DNA of 64,000 nucleotides, taken from positions 930,001 to 994,000 of the forward strand of contig CM030338.1 in assembly GCA_017654855.1 (NCBI GenBank), written 5' to 3'. How positions within the stretch are numbered: position 1 is the stretch's first letter; each line of letters begins with the position of its first letter. This DNA is from Podospora anserina (lineage: Eukaryota). Below, in pieces: positions 22,724 to 35,567 of the stretch. Under the pieces are notes generated by a model, which was not told where the DNA came from, searched no databases, and was given only the letters and a program-made list of their open reading frames with translations. The position numbers and the translations under genes are program-made.

Positions 22724-25700
22724 ATGCGATCTTCACCAACACCTTGGAGAACTTCACCTGCACTGGGACTAGTGTTGCTGGGACTCTACGCAACAGCTGT
22801 TGTCTCCAGTGGATCTATTTCCGAAACGCCAGCCGTAACGGCCCCATCCGTAACGACGACGGCGATAGTCACGACACCCACGGCGCCCGCGACGGCAGCT
22901 CTATCTGTCACTTCCCCCGGAGTCTGCGAATTCAAGACTATCAACTACATCACACATACCCTCCCGCAACAATGCTTGCGCTCAGCATGGACGAGCCCAA
23001 GACCGGCCGCTACAGCCGCCGTCGAAAGCACAGCTGCCGAAACGGTCACTGTCAGTATCACATCAGTTGTCGATAATGCGACACAGCAAGAGCAGGCAGC
23101 CGGTACCGAACAAAAGGAGGAAGAGGAATCGGTGGCCTTCATGTCATTTGAAGAGTGGAAAGAGATGATGCTGCGCAAGTCAGGCCAGGATCCCGCCAAC
23201 ATCAAGAAGGCACAAAAACAACACCACGGAGATCACCACAAGCCCGACCGTGAACCGGGACTCAACAACGACAACATGGACAGCCTGGGCAACGATGGGG
23301 AAATACTGGACTTTGACGCCCTCACGGAGAAAGTCACCGAGATCACGTCCTCCTCTTCTGGGGATGCTGTGGCTGAAGCCAGCAAAGAGGTACAGGAAGA
23401 ACAAATCCTCTATGACGATAACAAAACACCATACTACCGGAGTAAGGACGCTGGAAAGACGTGCAAGGAGAGGTTCTCGTTCTCATCATTCGATGCGGGT
23501 GCTACTATCCTCAAAACAAGCCCTGGTGCTAAGAACGCTAAGGCCATCCTGGTGGAAAACAAGGACACATATATGCTACTCGAGTGCCATCGGAAAAACA
23601 AGTTTGTCATTGTCGAGCTGAGTGATGATATCCTTGTTGACACAGTCGTCTTGGCGAATTTTGAGTTCTTTTCCAGCATGATTCGAAAGTTCCGGGTCAG
23701 CGCCAGTGATCGATACCCCGTGAAGTTGGACAAGTGGGTGGACTTGGGTACCTTTGAGGCTCGAAATGCTCGAGATATTCAGCCTTTTCTGGTTGAGCAT
23801 CCTCAGATCTACACCAAGTACATCCGTATCGAGTTTCTGAGCCACTATGGAAACGAGTATTATTGCCCAGTCTCACTGCTACGTGTTCATGGAACGAGGA
23901 TGTTGGATAGTTGGAAAGAGCCCAGAGAGGATGATGAGCCGGAGCAGATTGAAGGGTCTTCCCCTCAGGAGGTTGTTCCCGAGATCCAAGAGCCCCCTTC
24001 AGAGCCGACTTCGGTCATGGAGAGTGAGCAGGCCAACGATACAAAGGAGGCTTCTCCAGATACAATAGCCATTGATACAGGCTCGTCTCCCTGGCAACCA
24101 TACGACAGCCACTTTGTGCTTGAGACCTGCGCAATGCGTTCGACTACGACAAGTGATCCGACACCTGCTTCGGGACCAGACGGTGCCGAAAAACACAGCA
24201 ACTCAACTTCCAAAGCTGACGCCGGGGCCGAAAAAGCAGTACCAGCAGACAAGGCCAAGGAGACACCAAAGGCCGAAAAGATCTTCCCCTCTCCGGTGAC
24301 AGGAGACACGGCCACTGGTCAAGGCCAACCAAACACTGCACCCCCAGCGTCCAACCCTCCACCTCAGCCAGATAGCGGTGACAATGCCCACACGGGAAAC
24401 CACCAGGATAACCAAAAGAAGCCGCCAAACCGTGCCAGTGACACCTCCCCCGACACCACCCCATCTCAAGGCTCAGCAAAAACCCCAGGCAAAGAAGGCG
24501 AAAAACCCTCCAACGCAACCCGCAGCAAGACAACTCCCACCTCAGGGCATCCCTCCTCCTCCCCCACCGTCCAAGAATCATTCTTCAAACAAGTCAACAA
24601 GCGCCTCCAACACCTCGAATCCAACACCTCCCTCTCCCTCCAGTACATAGAAGAGCAATCCCGCTTCCTCCAAGAAGTCCTCCGCACCATGGAGCGCAAA
24701 CAGCTCACCCGGGTGGACTCCTTTCTTAACACCCTCAACCAAACCGTCTTTTCCGAGCTCCGCCACGTCAGGACCCAGTACGACCAAATGTGGCAGTCGA
24801 CCGTCATCGCCCTGGAAACGCAGAGAGAACAATCCGACCGCCAAATCGTCGCCCTCACCACCCGCCTCAACGTCCTCGCCGATGAGGTGGTGTTTCAAAA
24901 GCGCATGGCGATCTTCCAGTCAGTGCTGATATTATCCTGTCTGGTTCTCGTAATCTTCACCAACCGCGGCGGTAGCGACTCATCCTTCCTGCCCCCATCC
25001 CTATCCCGTGACCCGTCGTCCGCGGCAGCGGCATATTACCGGCGATACGCAGCAGGGTTCATGTCCAACGGTGCCAGGTCCGAAACTGCCTCCCCACCAC
25101 CTATCTCCCCCGTGCCGGGGAGTAGTCATTTTGATTCTATTCACCACAGGATGAACCTTTCCCCTTCACCACCATCCGCCTCGTCGTCGTCTGCTGCTAC
25201 TCTTGCGGCGTCTGCGCTCCCGAGACAGATTTATTCCCCTACCGGCATTCATAAACGACCTGTTCCAGCTCATAGGGAGAAATCCCTCCCAATGATCCCG
25301 CCTTTAACTCCAGAGTCGAGTCGGGAAGGGACACCAGCTATTCACATCTCTAATCACGGCTCTCCCCCTGATGACCAGGATGAGCTGGGTAGTAATAACA
25401 ACAACAAGTTGCAGCCGCTGCTGGAGGGGATAAGGGAGGAGTCACCCTCTCCTTCACCGTCGCCCTCGCCGTCACCCGGAGAGACGGCCACGCAGCGGAG
25501 GAGGAGGCAGCAGCAGCTTCACCAGCCGTCTACCTCGTCGCTCTTGTCGCTGTCGTCGACGGACTACCATGAGGTCTCGTCCATCGAGACGAATGGGGAG
25601 GATGGTGGGAAGGAAAGGACGCCGTCGTCACCAGAGGTTGAAGGACAAGAATCGGAAGACGAAGAGGACGACCAAGAGAACGTGTCACAAGACACGAGGG

Positions 25701-25744
25701 GGGCTAGGAAGCCGCTTCCTGCGTTGCCAGACGGTCCAACTTGA
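22724..25744 (+). CDS. SLP1: Mid-SUN (Sad1/UNC-like) domain ER protein Slp1
   Basis: 1006-aa single-exon ORF: signal peptide, FMSFEEWK, SKDAGKTCKERFSFSSFDAGA, ILVENKDTYML, LANFEFFSS, YCPVSLLRVHG, coiled coil (QESFFK...LSLQYIEEQSR), C-terminal TM. Confidence 0.93.
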   Translation: MRSSPTPWRTSPALGLVLLGLYATAVVSSGSISETPAVTAPSVTTTAIVTTPTAPATAALSVTSPGVCEFKTINYITHTLPQQCLRSAWTSPRPAATAAVESTAAETVTVSITSVVDNATQQEQAAGTEQKEEEESVAFMSFEEWKEMMLRKSGQDPANIKKAQKQHHGDHHKPDREPGLNNDNMDSLGNDGEILDFDALTEKVTEITSSSSGDAVAEASKEVQEEQILYDDNKTPYYRSKDAGKTCKERFSFSSFDAGATILKTSPGAKNAKAILVENKDTYMLLECHRKNKFVIVELSDDILVDTVVLANFEFFSSMIRKFRVSASDRYPVKLDKWVDLGTFEARNARDIQPFLVEHPQIYTKYIRIEFLSHYGNEYYCPVSLLRVHGTRMLDSWKEPREDDEPEQIEGSSPQEVVPEIQEPPSEPTSVMESEQANDTKEASPDTIAIDTGSSPWQPYDSHFVLETCAMRSTTTSDPTPASGPDGAEKHSNSTSKADAGAEKAVPADKAKETPKAEKIFPSPVTGDTATGQGQPNTAPPASNPPPQPDSGDNAHTGNHQDNQKKPPNRASDTSPDTTPSQGSAKTPGKEGEKPSNATRSKTTPTSGHPSSSPTVQESFFKQVNKRLQHLESNTSLSLQYIEEQSRFLQEVLRTMERKQLTRVDSFLNTLNQTVFSELRHVRTQYDQMWQSTVIALETQREQSDRQIVALTTRLNVLADEVVFQKRMAIFQSVLILSCLVLVIFTNRGGSDSSFLPPSLSRDPSSAAAAYYRRYAAGFMSNGARSETASPPPISPVPGSSHFDSIHHRMNLSPSPPSASSSSAATLAASALPRQIYSPTGIHKRPVPAHREKSLPMIPPLTPESSREGTPAIHISNHGSPPDDQDELGSNNNNKLQPLLEGIREESPSPSPSPSPSPGETATQRRRRQQQLHQPSTSSLLSLSSTDYHEVSSIETNGEDGGKERTPSSPEVEGQESEDEEDDQENVSQDTRGARKPLPALPDGPT

Positions 25745-26419
25745 GCATGTACATAATAATGATTGTTACGAAAGTATTTTGTATCTAGCAGCATCGTAAT
25801 TACCCGTGATATCCTTTCGCACAAGAAGCAAAAATAACTCTTTTCTGCGTGGTATGAACATCCCGTCACCTGGATTCCACCAAGACTCAAGCACACCACG
25901 ACATCCACAGCGATAGCCAAGACATGAACAGCAGGAATCACGTAATAGAGTAAAGCAACACTGTTTAAAATCTATATGAACTTGGGCACAGCACAGTCCG
26001 TTCTTGATTCCGCTGCCAAAAGAAACAACACGCTGTGGTATCGGACGATCGACCTTTCCTAGACCACCAAGGTTTCAAGAAACCCTCTGTGACTAGCCCA
26101 ATCTTCCCGCTCAAACCATCGTGATTGCCTGTAAGGATGCACCGCCTCTTCAGAATGCCTATTACCCGTTCCCAGTTTCTCCTCCCAAGACACCACCCGC
26201 TAAAGATGATGACCGATTACCAGATACTGATCCCATTTCCTCGCCTCAGATCATCATCAACTTTGATGATTTGTCAAAGATGGCAAAGCAAAGCGAACCA
26301 AAATAAGAAGCAACTTCATGACATCATCAAAATAAGATGATCAAAGGAAGGATATCCGAGTGTCGCCAATCTTCGGTGACTGAAAGGTTGGTAGGTAATG
26401 ATGCCGAGTTGGTTCTTGA

Positions 26420-29100
26420 TTAGCCCATGTAGAGGCTAGGCTGCTGGATGTGGGAGTCATAGTCGTACTCCTCAAGCGCAGCAAGTCTGGTTCCACGGTC
26501 GTATTGAGAGCGGCGGCGGCGCTGCTCGTCACGAAAATGCTGGCCGGCATTGGGAGTGAAGAGGCCTGGTGGCGGACAAATGGTGTCAATATCAAACTTG
26601 CACCTGGTAGAATGACTCGAACTCACCAACATGCTCAGCGTTTTCACAGCTCCTCTTCATCTTGGATTGGTTGTCCGGGCCCGGGAAAGCCTCCTCCTCA
26701 CCAGCCAACTCAGGTCTGGGACCATTGAGCGTGAAGTAAAGCTGCTGATGGTCAATAAGAGCTCGAAACTCAAATGGGAGAGAGAGTCGACCGTACCTTG
26801 GGGCGATAGTGAGGGGCCTCCAGCATAACAGAGCTGTTGCGGAACTTCTGGACAAGGCAGTCCTTGCCCTGGATAGCTGCAAATTGTCAACAGCCGATCC
26901 ATCTCAGAAGAGTAATTCGAAAAGCTTACTGGCATATGAGATCTCGGCAACCTTGTCGCTCTTGAAGCAGTTCCAACGTTGGTTGCCACGGGCATTGACG
27001 AACTAGGGCACTGTCAGAAAATTTCAATATCCAGTTAATGGAGGATCACATACATCGATGATGTCGAGCGGCTACAAATTCGGTCAGTGTCAGGTTTGCC
27101 TCGGCATGGAAAAGAAAAACTTACGTCAACAAAGTTGATGAACGCATAGCCGACACTGTTATAGAACATCAGCAACTGGCTCACGCCGAAAGGAATGCTT
27201 GATGCACATACTTGCAGTCGTTGGCGAAGTCGATTCGCAAGTACATGAAGTCGTACTTGCCCCAGCTGGACTCATCCACAATCTTCTTCAACATCGCTTG
27301 GTCGACCTTGTTCGGAATGTTTCGCAGCATAATCTATGACGTGTTAGAAGACGATACTTTCTTTTTTCAAAGAGATAGATACTGACTGTGGTGCGGACAT
27401 CGATGCCATCCCGAATCTTGTTGACATCAACATGGTTGTGATGGCCGGCGGCATTGTAGTAAGGGGACCGATTGACCCGCATGGCGTTCTGACGACGCCC
27501 ATCCATACGATAGGGCTGCATGCCCCTGGGACTGGCGTAGTCGCCATGGTGAAACGCTAACGGAGTGCTAGGCGGAGTATACAACGGCGCCATGACCGGC
27601 ATGCCGCCAGTCATCGGGGTCATGGGACTCATGGGAGAAATGCCCTGGCTGCGTGTGGGAGTGTGGTCGAGAACGTAGCGAGTCGGCAAGCTGTGCTGAA
27701 TACCGTGATAGACTACAGTGGGATACATGGCCATCTGCTGATGGGGCAATTGCATCCCACTGGCCGGCGAATGGGCAAGATGCCCAGAGGGCACAATTTG
27801 TTGATGATGAGAAGGCTTCGAGATACCCATGCTCTGAAACAGGTTGGTCATGTCCTGAACCGGGCTTCTCGGAGCGCGGGGAGCATGCACATCAAAAGGC
27901 TGGTAGGCTCCGCAGGTGGCGTCGGGCAGGGCAGAAATCAAGTTCAGGTAAACGCCCTGAGATTAGATGTTAGTCACATATAGATCGGATGAGACGAGAG
28001 AGTGTAGACTTACATTGAAAGTGCGACCATTGAGGGCCTCTGCGGCAGTAATGGCGGCATCGCAGTCACAAAATTCAACCGTGGCGTGGAAAGGAATGTC
28101 TTTCGTCCCGGATAGCTGGCGAAAGGCAAGGACCTCACCATGAGATTCCATGAGAGTGCGGACCACAGTGTTGGTGTGGAAAACGTCAAAATTCGCGCTC
28201 TCTTGAGGGAACGCGATAGCCCGGAGCAAGCCATCCGAAACCTGCTGGTGATTCTCACCAGGATTGCGGGCCTGATATGAGGTTAGCACGTATATCCGAC
28301 CAGTGGCAGAAGCTTGACGCCATCACGTACCTGGTGAAACTCCCCCGCGGCAATATACTGGGCACGCCAGTCCTGGGAACCGAGCTGAACATTCTCGTGA
28401 ATGTTGGTGGCATCGCGAATGTTGGAGAGAAACAAATAGACTCTCCCATCCTTCGCGAAGATGACGCGCTTACCCTGGCAAGGTGAACCAAACTGACTCA
28501 GTTTCTACACATATTGTTAGATATCTACGACTCATCAGGCATAGTCAGCACGGGACAAACCTCAAGATACGTTTCGACCTCTGACAAGGTTACGGAAGCC
28601 GTGGAAGAGAAGATAGTGACATAATGAGTGATCCCTAGCTCAGTGCTGAAACGGCCAGAGAGAGGGCCGGTGGCGCTGGCCAGCGATCGAAAGTTCTGCT
28701 GAGGGCCATTGGAGGGACCCTGTTGTCCATTGAGGGAACCATGAGCGACCACTGGGACAGACAAGGGCCTGAAGGCGGAAGCGGTCGGAGAGAGCTTCTG
28801 GTCCAATGTCGACTTGGAGGGGGTCGCGTTGCTGGAAATGAACGGGTCCTTTTCGGCCACAGGAGCAACATTACCGAAGTGCTCCGTCGACTTCTGATGA
28901 AACAATGAGTGGTTGGTGGGACCGTTGAGGCTCATGCCGGTGATGCCGGCGTACAGTTTGTTCGATCTGGCCGAGCCGTCATCGGGCGAGAAGGCAGTCA
29001 AACGAGTATCGGGGGTACCATCGTGTTTGTACGAATCCGCCGCGCCGCTCGAAGAATGAGGGGAGGACGGATTGAACGTCCCGTCACGAGACTGTGCCAT
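26420..29100 (-). CDS. mei2: Mei2-like RRM RNA-binding protein, about 10 coding exons
   Basis: Spliced RRM3 DVRTT|IMLRNIPNK...YDFMYLRIDFANDCN|VGYAFINFVD|PLDIID|FVNARGNQRWNCFKSDKVAEISYA|TIQGKDCLVQKFRNSSVM is diagnostic. ATG 29100, TAA 26420. Includes short exons 27125-27155 (31 nt) and 27054-27071 (18 nt). Confidence 0.93.
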
Positions 29101-29307
29101 TGTAACGACCTGGAAAAATCAAAGGTCGTTGTCGAGGGAGGTGAGCGAGAGATCCGATGGTCCGAAGGACACGACAAAGCAGAGGGAACTGGCGGTGGAG
29201 GTCTTGAGCCAAAACCCTTTGCAGGAAGTGTCAAAGGGAGAAGAGTTGGAGGGCAGGAAGAATTCCTAAGGCACAGAGCAGGCAGGTAACCGGTGGAGAT
29301 AAAATCT

Positions 29308-30119
29308 CTGCAAGAGCAGTGTCAGTGGTGTCATTAGTTGGGATGAAGAAGGAACGAGTGGTCGGATCACCCTAAGGCAGAAAACACAGTTATGCTTGCA
29401 GACGGAAGGAGCGGCTGGGGGAAATAACGACTCGGCCCCAGACGATAAACAATCGGCCTCAAACGATTGTCCAAGATGACTTTATCGTTTGCGATCGCAG
29501 GATTGGGAACTGTGTTTCGTCCTCAGCCGGAGTGACTGCAGTCACTCTGGCGGCCGAAGACGGAACCACAACACAGCTCTGGCGGCTGAAGACGAAATCA
29601 CCACCCGAATTGTGGGGGCAGGATCATCGGGAAGGACCACTTGGTGCCTGATTACGTAGTGATTCCAGGCTGAAGGCTTGAGGGTGAAAGAACCTCGGAG
29701 GGAAAGGCCGCTCTTTCAACTAGAAAAAACGAAACAGCTCAATAGGAAGGAAGTAACGATTTGCCAAAGCAACAACACGTGACTGATGCATTGACTGCTT
29801 GTGTCAGGCAAATAGGGAAGTATGAAGGGGGGTTTTGATGGATGATTGTGAAGAAGGAAGACATTGTGGAGAAGGAAGATATTGTGAAGAAGGAAGAGAT
29901 CGTGAAGAAGAGAAGTGAGAGAAATAGGTGTTGTGGTGAAGAAGAGTAGTGAAATCTAAAAGATAACTTGAAGAATGTTACCGCGAAGAACGGTATTATG
30001 AGGAAGATAATAGCGAAGAAGGTAATGATGAAGAAGAGATATCGTGAACGATATCTTGATGAAGGAAACGCTACCTGCAAAGGAAGTGTGTATCCATGCA
30101 AGGCGCAATGTTTACTTAC
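29308..30119 (-). other. Probable 812-nt intron in the 5'UTR of the Mei2-like gene
   Basis: Minus strand has a strong donor CAAG|GTAAGT at 30119, and branch ACTGAC plus CTCTTGCAG acceptor at 29308, about 207 nt upstream of the ATG. Pairing of the two sites is inferred. Confidence 0.55.
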
Positions 30120-30380
30120 CTTGGTCGGCGACGTGGTCGACGTCGGGTAGGAGGCCGACTTTGTTGACTTTGGATGGAAAGCCCAAAGAATTTCAATGTA
30201 AGTTGAAGGACGACGAAGGCAGCTGAAACCTTATCCGTGGGCTCACAGATGTCTATGCGATGTCGATACTCAAGATTGCCACCCATGGGTTGTTGATATT
30301 GTTTTGAGGGAAGAGTCAAAGCCTAGCACTGAACTCCATGTTATATACTTGAGAGACTAGATCAACGCACGGTTCACGTA

Positions 30381-30800
30381 GATATGCCACGTCATGGCGA
30401 TTAGATAGAGCAGTGATGATTCTTTTAGTGTCTTCTTATCGTGAAATACTTTTCGGACGAAACTGCGAAGGTCATGGGAGTATTCCGCCTGTTGTGTTTG
30501 ATTATCAGTTGCTCCTGGATTCGAGAGGTTCGAGAGGATGTTTAGATGGAATATGCCATGTAATGCCGCTTAGATAGAGCAAGGTGTGATAAACAGCGCT
30601 TCTTATCGCGGAATATTTTTCGGACGAACCTGTAGAAGTTATTGGAACATTCGGGCTGCTCTCCTTGATTATCAGTTGCTCTTAGAATCAAGAAAGTACA
30701 AGGGGTTGCTCAAATGCAATATGCCACACTATGTTGGTCAGATAGATAAAATAATCTCCATGGTGTTTTCTTATCAGAACTCATGTTTGAGCAAAACCGT
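30381..30800. repeat. Diverged 168-169 bp tandem repeat, about 2.5 copies
   Basis: Units start atatgcca at 30382, 30551 and 30719. Shared blocks agataga and ttcttatc occur in all three copies; ttttcggacgaa and ttgattatcagttgctc occur in copies 1 and 2. Confidence 0.85.
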
Positions 30801-32335
30801 CCAGTCACAAAAATATGGTGAAGGATGAGGGGGGGGGAAGAGTCGAGAGAGTACCGGTGCCCTGAAGTTGGCTACATATTCATAGTAGGAGCCACAAAGG
30901 AAAAGTAGTCAGCACAGAAATCAAGGGAAAGAAAGGAAAGCAAAGGCCTAAGAAGGAAAGAAAGGACTGTGAAATCTCACAACAGACCATCAGGCTACCT
31001 TGTTACATTTCAGGTGCCCCTGAGGTTGGTGTGTGTGTTTACAACTTTCACTGGCCGGGCCACACTGTATCAACACTCGGGACCTACCAACATGGTAGCT
31101 ACGCAAGCTTTACTGCGTATCCGTGATGGTGGGATGTAAAGAAGCCTGATACCTGCCATCCCCTTGGCTTTGGGTCTACATGGTCAAGCCTTGCCCACAT
31201 CTCCCAAGGTACCTAAGGTATACTTGCAGCTATACTCTCTCCAAGATACTAGTCTCACAATGCTGGTAGATGGTAGTGTCACTAACCGGCGCCAGATAAC
31301 CTTTGAGGCACTGTATGGAAAAGAACCGATTTCCGAGAATTTCGATTTTATTCGTCTATCTGCTGACAGACAAGTGATGGTTTTCGGATAGATATGACAG
31401 GTACTTCGCAGGACCTCATCTAAGTTTGCCATAGAACAGTCGCCTTGTGGTCTAACTGAAACCGCCTATGGTCTCTTCTTTGTGATCATGGCCCCGGGAA
31501 TTAGAGCTTGGACATGGCACAGTCGCATTCAAATAGGCATTCCACTGGCAGCGCTTGCTTATCATCGACATACAGTTACACAACTTAGAGTTAGCTTTAC
31601 ACTATTATCTAAGACTTAAAAAACCGTCCAAGCCGCGCCATACTTGACTAGCCCGGGCGGACGGAAAACAGCTTTGGAATACGATATAGATCTGTTCTGC
31701 AAAGCTCCGACAAAAATCATACCAACGTCTTGTGTAGTTTGAAGCAAGAAGGGCAGTGAGGTCATTTATGTTCAGTACTAGTTATGTCAAAAATGACTTC
31801 TAAGCATAATATAATGACAGAAACGTGAGAAGCTTAATAGATTACATCCTAACATAATTTTGAAGAGAAAGAGGGAAGTGTAATCTTTGAATCCATCTTG
31901 GCGCCACAAAGGGGTTAATAGGGGTTGATGCTTGGCACCTAGCAACCAAGAGAGATTTGATCCCTCAGGACCACGACAAAGTCAGGTCTGAAATTTGTGG
32001 TAAAAGAATATCTCTTCCCATATTCTAAGTTCATACTTAGATTTTGAGGATGTGGCACTCCATCAGTGGTGCTATTTCGCCTGAAAAGCAATGAGTTTGG
32101 TGTTGCTCCTTCCTAGGAGTAGGCGCACGGGCCGTATCTGGAAGCAGCTCCCTGGCCAGCTGTCGCAGCACAGACCACTGGCGCCCCAACGAGGGGCACG
32201 CTGACCGAACAAAGCATGTATGTTGCTGCTGCGCAAGATGCCTTCAGCGCCGTGCCTTCATGACCAGTGATCAGCGAAGACCCAGGATATCATCGAAACT
32301 GATAGCTGGAGGAGCTTGATGCTCCATCATTCAAA

Positions 32336-35144
32336 ATGCCGAGAAAAGCCCAAACGTGGGATGATTACGACTCGGCTGTAGCTCAGGTCCGCCGCTTCCA
32401 GCAATCGGGAATCGCCAGCAGCATTAGAGCACTTTCGTAGACCGGAAATGCTGACTTCTTTTATAGATCATCCTCGCGCCCTCCGACTCGGATTTCCTCG
32501 ATCAACTGATACCAGTGTTGAAAGATGCGACAACGAGCAGCCGAATCGGATCCCTCGCCCAGAGCTTGTCGCAGTATGCCGAGGACCGCGAAGGCGACAT
32601 CGAGCAGATCGGGTTGACGAAGCATGAGGAGTTCCTGGGATCCGTCAATCAACTACAAAAGGTGCGCGAGGGTACTGTGGCTTTGACAGCCGAAATCTTG
32701 GACCTCAACCAGTCCATCCAGGCCAGCACCGAGAAGTTGGCCGAGCAAAAGCAGGCGCTGGTCAACACGCGCGGGGTCAGGCAGAATATCACGGATGTAT
32801 CAAACGCTCTGGAGGAATCGCTCAAGATATTGCGCGCTGTCAATAATGCGCACGAACTTATTCGGAAGAAGGAATATCATCGTGCCCTCAAGTCGTTGGA
32901 GGACCTGCAGAACGAACACTTGATCCCCACCATCCAGAACAAGTATGCGACCCAGTACAAGCTTGCCGACATGATTCAACGGTCTATCCCGGCATCTCAA
33001 AAGACGATTTCCGAGTCCGTCATGGCAGATTTGAACAAGTGGTTTCTGGAGGTTCGAGAAAAGTCCCAACTTCTTGGCGAGATTGCCTTCTTCGCGACAC
33101 AGCAGCGACGGGAGAGGCAAAAGAAGCGCGCCGAAGTCAATGAATATCTGAAGAATTTCAAGTTGAATTCTGCCATCGAGCTGGTCTTTGATGAAAGTAA
33201 TGAGTTTGACGTAATCGACAACGAGGAGAACCAGATTGACTTCACCCCGTTACACAAAGCCTTGCATACCCACGATGCCCTCGGTCAAGTCGACAAGTTC
33301 CGTGTAGAGTATGCAGCAACGAGACGACAACAAAAGGATCTGATAATGCCCTCAAGTTCCGAAAACATCTTTGCCGGGGGTGACGACGAGACCTTGATGG
33401 GACTTTTGGAGAACATTGCTGGATTTGCCATTATTGAGAAGGCGACCGTGATGCGAGCACCCTCAATAAGATCAACAATTGGTGTAAGTGACTTTTCCCA
33501 CAGCTTGGTAGTTTTTCTCTCTAACAGGACGGATAGGTCGATGAGCTCTGGGATTCCATGTGCCAAACCGCTATACGAGTGATCGCCAAGTCGTTACAGG
33601 AGGTCAACGATGCAGATTTGCTGGTCAAAATCAAGATGAACATTGCTCTTTTCATTGAGACCATGGAGGTATGTGGCTCCTTACATCTTGTATCTGAATA
33701 TTCGTTGACAAGCATTAGAGTTGGGGATACTCCGTCACCATGATGAACAACTTCCAGCTCACCCTATTCTACAAATACGCTGAGCTTCTCCGCCGTCGCT
33801 TCGGCGAGGACTTCCAAGAGGTAAGCCCGCTTTTCGTCGTAACTCGTCTCTAGTTGATACTGACAACTTTCACTAGATCGTGTCCACGGACGATTACATG
33901 CCTATGGCAATCAACACACGCGACGAATACCAAAAGGTCGTCGACGTGACCTGGTTTGTTGACGACAAACCAGAAGAAGAGCTTGTGTACGTATCCCGAC
34001 CGTTTTCTACAGGATGTGTTTGTAAGTCATCGCTTGTTCTAATTGGGCCAGCTTCCCTTGCGTGCTGCCATTCTCACAGATGTATCCCTTGTGCTGCATA
34101 GATATTAGGAATCTGTTGAATCAGTTCTTGATTTTTACATCGGAGCACTTTCACAACCCGAATGTGGTTGATGAGACGCTACGGAAGGTTTGTCATATTT
34201 CTTTCTGATCTCCATGGGTGGGCGTACTGACCATACCTCTAGTCTCTCGATGAGCTTTTGACCGATATCGTATGCCAGTCTCTTGTTGAACGGCTGAACT
34301 CGCAGTATCTAGGACAGATCGTGCAGATTTTGATCAACCTCGAGCACTTTGAGACAGCCTGCCAGGTACTGGAGCAGATCCTGATCCGGGAACGATCATC
34401 CACATCGGCTGGTGGACCGATCACACTCAAGGCGACTGAGGCGTTCAGAAGCAACAAGAAAGCCGCTGAAAAGCGCATCTTTGAGCTCGTCAACTCCAAA
34501 ATCGATGACTTGGTGGACACCTCGGACTATGACTGGACAGCCACAACCCCGCCCAAGGAGACGAGCAATTACATGCAGACATTGACTAGGTACCTGTCTA
34601 ACATTATGAACTCGACTTTGCTGGGTCTTCCGAGGGAGATCAAGGAGCTCATTTACTTTGATGCGTTGAGTCATGCGGCAAATAAGATCTTGGTAAGCCC
34701 TTGCCATATACACATCACTTCCCATCTAACACAGGTCTGACTTGGAATTGTCACCTAGGCCCTGCCATTATCTCCCGACGTCAAAAAGATCAACCCCAAT
34801 GGCGTGGCTGCCATGGCCTTGGACGTCCAGCACCTCTCAAAATTCGTCGGGGGCCTTGAGAACGCGTTCATGCTGGAGCAGAACCTGGACGAGCTGCAGC
34901 AGACGGTGGCGCTCATGCAGACGGAGAACCACGACGAGTTCTTTGATATTTCCATCCGCAACAAGAAGTTTGGTCGGGTGGATGCCATGAATGGACCTAT
35001 CTTGTTGGAGAAGTACGTTTCACCTCTCTTTTTTGTTTCTTAGCTTATGCTAACTTTTTCTCCTTCAGGCTCACCCAAACAGTCGACGCCCCAGCTCGCA
35101 CAGCGCCGCTTGCTAACTTCAGCTCGCGTTTCGGGCTGAGGTGA
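32336..35144 (+). CDS. SEC15: Exocyst complex component Sec15
   Basis: ATG 32336 (MPRKAQTWDDYDSAVAQ|IILAPSDSDFLDQLIP). Motifs IAGFAIIE, DELWDSMC, DDYMPM, FPCVLPFSQMYPLCC, QIVQILINLEHF, KIDDLVDTSDYDW. Multiple GT-AG introns; ends SRFGLR*. Confidence 0.95.
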
Positions 35145-35520
35145 TCAACAACCAAACAACCTCTTCTTGCTGGGTCACACAATCCCAAACTATCCTCAAC
35201 ACTTAGTTTCGTAGCTTACTCAGAATAATGCATAATGACATCATGAAACAATTCAAACCGGACTTGTATCAGTGAAAGAAGAAATAGTTATCATCAATTT
35301 TTTAGAGTGGTGTGTCGTAAAAGAGAGGAAACAAAATCAGAGAGATAAGATATATAGGATATATAAATAACCTTTCCCACCACCACAACCACAACCACCA
35401 CCACCGCAAAACAACCCAGTACCTAACCTTGACAACGTGTAGCCATCCATATATTTCAGGGGGTAAAAAAGAAAAAAAGAAAACAGCCCCAAACGCTCAT
35501 AACAAAAACAGCAAAACCCC

Positions 35521-35521
<1 letters not shown>

Positions 35522-35560
<39 letters not shown>
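35522..35560. repeat. Poly(A)39 tract between convergent SEC15 and HAP5
   Basis: 39 consecutive A residues. Confidence 0.95.

Positions 35561-35567
<7 letters not shown>

Noticed and set aside
22032-22793. 253-aa minus-strand ORF over the XKS1/SLP1 promoter
   Set aside because: Overlaps the SLP1 start in antisense and runs through a non-coding repeat; no recognisable domain.
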